Origin: an uncultured Verrucomicrobiae bacterium
GTDB lineage: Bacteria; Verrucomicrobiota; Verrucomicrobiia; Palsa-1439
Length of the DNA stretch: 64,000 bases
Assembly: GCA_963812605.1 (NCBI GenBank)
Contig: CAWEWF010000006.1
Span: 1-64,000, forward strand
Direction of reading: 5' to 3'
Shown: in pieces, positions 61,298-64,000 of the stretch
Layout of the letters: every line of letters begins with the position of its first letter
How positions within the stretch are numbered: the stretch's first letter is position 1
The notes under the pieces: model-generated
Told to the model about the DNA's origin: nothing
Databases searched by the model: none
What the model saw: only the letters and a program-made list of their open reading frames with translations
Made by a program: the position numbers and the translations under genes

Positions 61298-61547
61298 GTA
61301 CGATCTCCTCCTTGTATGAACTCGATTGGCATTTTGGACATTGCTTGAGTCGATGCAATTCGGATTCCGACGACTGCACATTGCGCTTTGCCTGCATTTC
61401 TGTTGCATTCGGGCCACAACAGCCGATTGAACTGGACTTATCACAATTGCCGCAGGTTACGTTCCGCTTAACCTTTGCCTCGCGTGAAACAAGAGAATGC
61501 CAAACCGTGCCGCATCGCTTACAAGTGCGCCTGTATTCCTTTGCCAT
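61290..61547 (-). CDS. small Cys-rich zinc-ribbon protein
   Basis: CKRC, CGNC, CC, CPKC; overlaps the yidD-like gene. Confidence 0.7.
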   Translation of the reverse strand: MAKEYRRTCKRCGTVWHSLVSREAKVKRNVTCGNCDKSSSIGCCGPNATEMQAKRNVQSSESELHRLKQCPKCQSSSYKEEIVRG

Positions 61548-61589
61548 CTCGCGACCTCTCCTTTTCTATTCGATAGGCACTGGTGATAA

Positions 61590-61940
61590 TCACATTCGGA
61601 CACTTTTCCGAAAGGAAGAAGAAAGAGTGGACTGGAGATAAACGGTGTTGCTGGTTCCCGGAATAAACGTGCGTTCTACCTGCGCTTTCAGAACATCCGG
61701 AACTCTCCCTATCTGCTTCCACTCACGGAACGATTCCCGGTGTCCACGGTTAAATCCTTTCTTGTACCAAACCTTAGATGATCTGATTAGAACCCTCTTC
61801 AACTTTGCCCGCAGCTTCTTTCTTTTTGGCCCAGCGGGGAGCAGTTTTTCGCCGTTCCAAATAGCTTCGATTTCTCCTAGGGTTTTCATAATTGAGGCAC
61901 TTGCGCCCTTAGCGTAACCTGTCCCGTGATCGTATCTCAT
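61590..61940 (-). CDS. basic hypothetical protein
   Basis: GGAGGAGG SD, Lys/Arg-rich 116-aa ORF. Confidence 0.6.
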   Translation of the reverse strand: MRYDHGTGYAKGASASIMKTLGEIEAIWNGEKLLPAGPKRKKLRAKLKRVLIRSSKVWYKKGFNRGHRESFREWKQIGRVPDVLKAQVERTFIPGTSNTVYLQSTLSSSFRKSVRM

Positions 61941-62081
61941 CAAAACCTCCTCCGAGTTTCAATCTCTACAATTCGCCTTCCCTTGCGGGAATGCAGCCTA
62001 ATTCCGATGTGGCTTGGAAACAATCTGAAAATGGCCGAAGCAATACCGGCGCGCCCTACCGGCGGATCATTGCGTTGCCGG

Positions 62082-62315
62082 TCACACTGAACGTAGCAGC
62101 CCAGTCACAGAAAGGTCTTCATCGAGCAGTGGCCAGTGGATGCCGTAGCCGCCGGGGGAAAGCTCGGCGCGGTTGCGCTCGACGGGAGTAGCACGAGCCA
62201 ATTTGGTGGAACATTTTTCCCACGGAATCGAGACACGCCGGTTGACTAGAACAAGAATCAACGCTTCCGGCGTTGTCTCCACGCCTGTGGCAGTATTGAT
62301 TTCAGTGGCCGGCAT
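62082..62315 (-). CDS. DUF2442 protein
   Basis: GYGIHWPLLDEDLSVTGLL. Confidence 0.85.
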   Translation of the reverse strand: MPATEINTATGVETTPEALILVLVNRRVSIPWEKCSTKLARATPVERNRAELSPGGYGIHWPLLDEDLSVTGLLRSV

Positions 62316-62568
62316 CTCGCGTTCCCTTCATGTGACGATTCCATTCTTCGACAATCAAGTCGAAGTGCTCAAAGATAATCTGCCGGACCTCGCGCCGCAA
62401 GGGCGGAGTCAGCCCGTGCGACCAAGCCTCTTCAATTTCATAGAGATCGGTCCGCAGCCAGAATTTGCACTCACATTCGGCTTTGCGGGCATGAATGTGT
62501 ATCGGCTCATTCCGCTCGTCTGAGTAGAAGAACAATCGCCAGCCTCTCACAAGAAGCACGGTTGGCAT
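62302..62568 (-). CDS. DUF4160 protein
   Basis: MPTV..WRLFFYSDERNEPIHIH..CKFWL. Confidence 0.88.
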   Translation of the reverse strand: MPTVLLVRGWRLFFYSDERNEPIHIHARKAECECKFWLRTDLYEIEEAWSHGLTPPLRREVRQIIFEHFDLIVEEWNRHMKGTRDAGH

Positions 62569-62677
62569 TTCAGGATTCTATCCCAAAGAATGGCCGCCCG
62601 ACAAGTCGCCTTTGGAAATGTGAACGATCTCTTCCGGCTTTGCCGTGTTCGCGAAATCATGCTACTCTGTGCCAGCC

Positions 62678-62863
62678 ATGAAACGCGCTTCCAACCGCCG
62701 ATCACGCGCCAAGCGGCCTTCCGGGGTGGATGAAGGGCAGATTATCGAGGCGCTTCGTTTAACACCTACGGAGCGCTGGGAAAAGCATCGGGTATTCGTA
62801 GATTTCATTGAGGAGATGGAACGTGCCGCAAGATTACGCCCGCGTGATCCGCAACCTCGATGA
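62678..62863 (+). CDS. small partner protein of the nucleotidyltransferase
   Basis: GVDEGQIIEALRLTPTERW; overlaps the next gene. Confidence 0.65.
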   Translation: MKRASNRRSRAKRPSGVDEGQIIEALRLTPTERWEKHRVFVDFIEEMERAARLRPRDPQPR

Positions 62864-63320
62864 ACATAAGGTTGAGTTCGTCATCATTGGCGCGATGGCA
62901 GCGGTGAGCCTGGGCGTGCCCATCATAACGCGCGATCTCGATATCTGCTATCGCCGTTCCAAACCAAACATGGCGGCCCTTGCAAACGCCCTTGGACCAT
63001 TCCATCCCAAACTGCGCGGTGCGCCATCTGATTTGCCGTTCAAATTCGACTGCGTGACCATCGAGCATGGTAACAATTTCACCCTGGTTACCGACGTGGG
63101 CGACATCGATGTTCTTGGGTACATCACTGGCGTGGACGGTTATGATGAGATCATCAAGACCGCCGAGACTTTGGAGGTTTACGGCATCCAGGTCAAAGTG
63201 ATGTCGTTGGAAACCTTGATCAAAGCCAAGAAGGCCACTGGCCGCACGAAAGACAAGCTTCAACTTCTGGAACTAGAGGCCGCCTTGCGCTTAAAGCGCG
63301 AGCAGGCCAAAGATTTGTGA
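62823..63320 (+). CDS. minimal nucleotidyltransferase-fold protein
   Basis: VEFVIIGAMAA..TRDLDI..GDIDVL..SLETLIKAKKATGRTKD. Confidence 0.82.
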   Translation: MPQDYARVIRNLDEHKVEFVIIGAMAAVSLGVPIITRDLDICYRRSKPNMAALANALGPFHPKLRGAPSDLPFKFDCVTIEHGNNFTLVTDVGDIDVLGYITGVDGYDEIIKTAETLEVYGIQVKVMSLETLIKAKKATGRTKDKLQLLELEAALRLKREQAKDL

Positions 63321-63354
63321 CCGAACTCTCTAACATTGCTATTCCGAACTCCGC

Positions 63355-63600
63355 CTACGGCGCGTGGGCCCGCTCGATGGTGACGATACAAGCATAGGGC
63401 CGGACAATTTCATTGGTCTGGCTCGGCAATAAGTAATACAGATTCTTCTCGCGCTGGCGATCAGGCGAGGCGGTGTCGGTCAGATACATGATTGTCTGCG
63501 CCGCCAGGATGCTGCGCCACGCGTGCGGAGTTCTTTCGTTGGCGATAATCGCTGGCGGCAATCCGATGGCGATCCACGCGAGAAGCCAGTTCTTTGCCTA
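63355..63600 (-). pseudogene. possible remnant of a membrane glycosyltransferase-like gene
   Basis: WLLAWIAIGLPPAIIANERTPHAWRSI fragment, no clear start. Confidence 0.3.
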
Positions 63601-63697
63601 TCAATTCGCTCAATTTCCTGCCGGTTGCGTTGCGCAACTGCCCAGCGGGTGCTAGTGTGTTTCCGTCGCGCTCGGCCGCGGTGCCGTGCGACAATTT

Positions 63698-64000
63698 GTG
63701 ACCGAGAATCGGTTGGTTGAGACAGCGCTGGGGTCTCCGTTGATACCCCTCATCAAACGGAGACTCAATGCGGGGGACTTTTTGTCTCTAAATTCCCTGG
63801 CCGACGCTGGAAAACCGTTTATTGCCTCCCTCCTTTCCCGGATCGCCAATCGCCCCATCCTCATCGTGACGGACGGGCTCAAGTCGCAGGAAGCTTTCTT
63901 CAATGACCTGCAAACCCTCCTGCCCGGTGTCCAATTCTATCCCGCGTGGGAAACGCTCCCGCACGAGGACGTGCTTCCCCATGCCGACACGATTGCGGAT
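63698..64000 (+). CDS. mfd: transcription-repair coupling factor (N-terminus, partial)
   Basis: Manual translation: ...RPILIVT..DLQTLL..FYPAWETLPHEDVLPHADTIAD. Confidence 0.8.
   Translation, partial: MTENRLVETALGSPLIPLIKRRLNAGDFLSLNSLADAGKPFIASLLSRIANRPILIVTDGLKSQEAFFNDLQTLLPGVQFYPAWETLPHEDVLPHADTIAD

Noticed and set aside
60900-63690. Integron cassette array
   Set aside because: No intI and no convincing attC hairpins; genes are on both strands.

Overview
Chromosomal window from a GC-rich bacterium. PEP-CTERM proteins and Thr/Asn-rich surface proteins suggest Verrucomicrobiota or another PVC lineage (inference). The housekeeping backbone comprises trmB, tRNA-Phe, hsp20, trpE-hisI-hisF, ppk2, two CNNM/CBS genes, a PpiC foldase, rdgB, fabD/fabG/acpP/fabF, cysK, larE-thiG-thiH-thiS, mdh and the start of mfd. 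It is interspersed with five kinds of accessory content. (i) A Tad pseudopilin/vWA cluster, whose vWA domain recurs 42 kb away on a different N-terminus. (ii) An ~11 kb glycosylation operon: GDP-heptose-type enzymes, two polyprenyl-phosphate-sugar synthases, two GT-C transferases and a TMEM260/DUF2723-TPR protein, next to large secreted Ig/PKD and PEP-CTERM proteins. (iii) A two-gene insert encoding a repeat-bearing PD-(D/E)XK nuclease and a stand-alone 7x helicase-associated (HA) domain protein. (iv) Small accessory cassettes (TA modules, nucleases, a PEP-CTERM gene), two bounded by clear direct repeats of 27 bp and 89 bp, with no integrase or transposase in the window. (v) Many REP-like palindromes. 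About ten genes carry 1-nt frameshifts that look like long-read indel errors. The best candidates for new biology are the heptose/GT-C/TMEM260 glycosylation locus, the nuclease+HA-array pair, the larE-thiGHS coupling and the duplication-flanked cassettes. Family assignments come from motif recognition only; no database searches were run.
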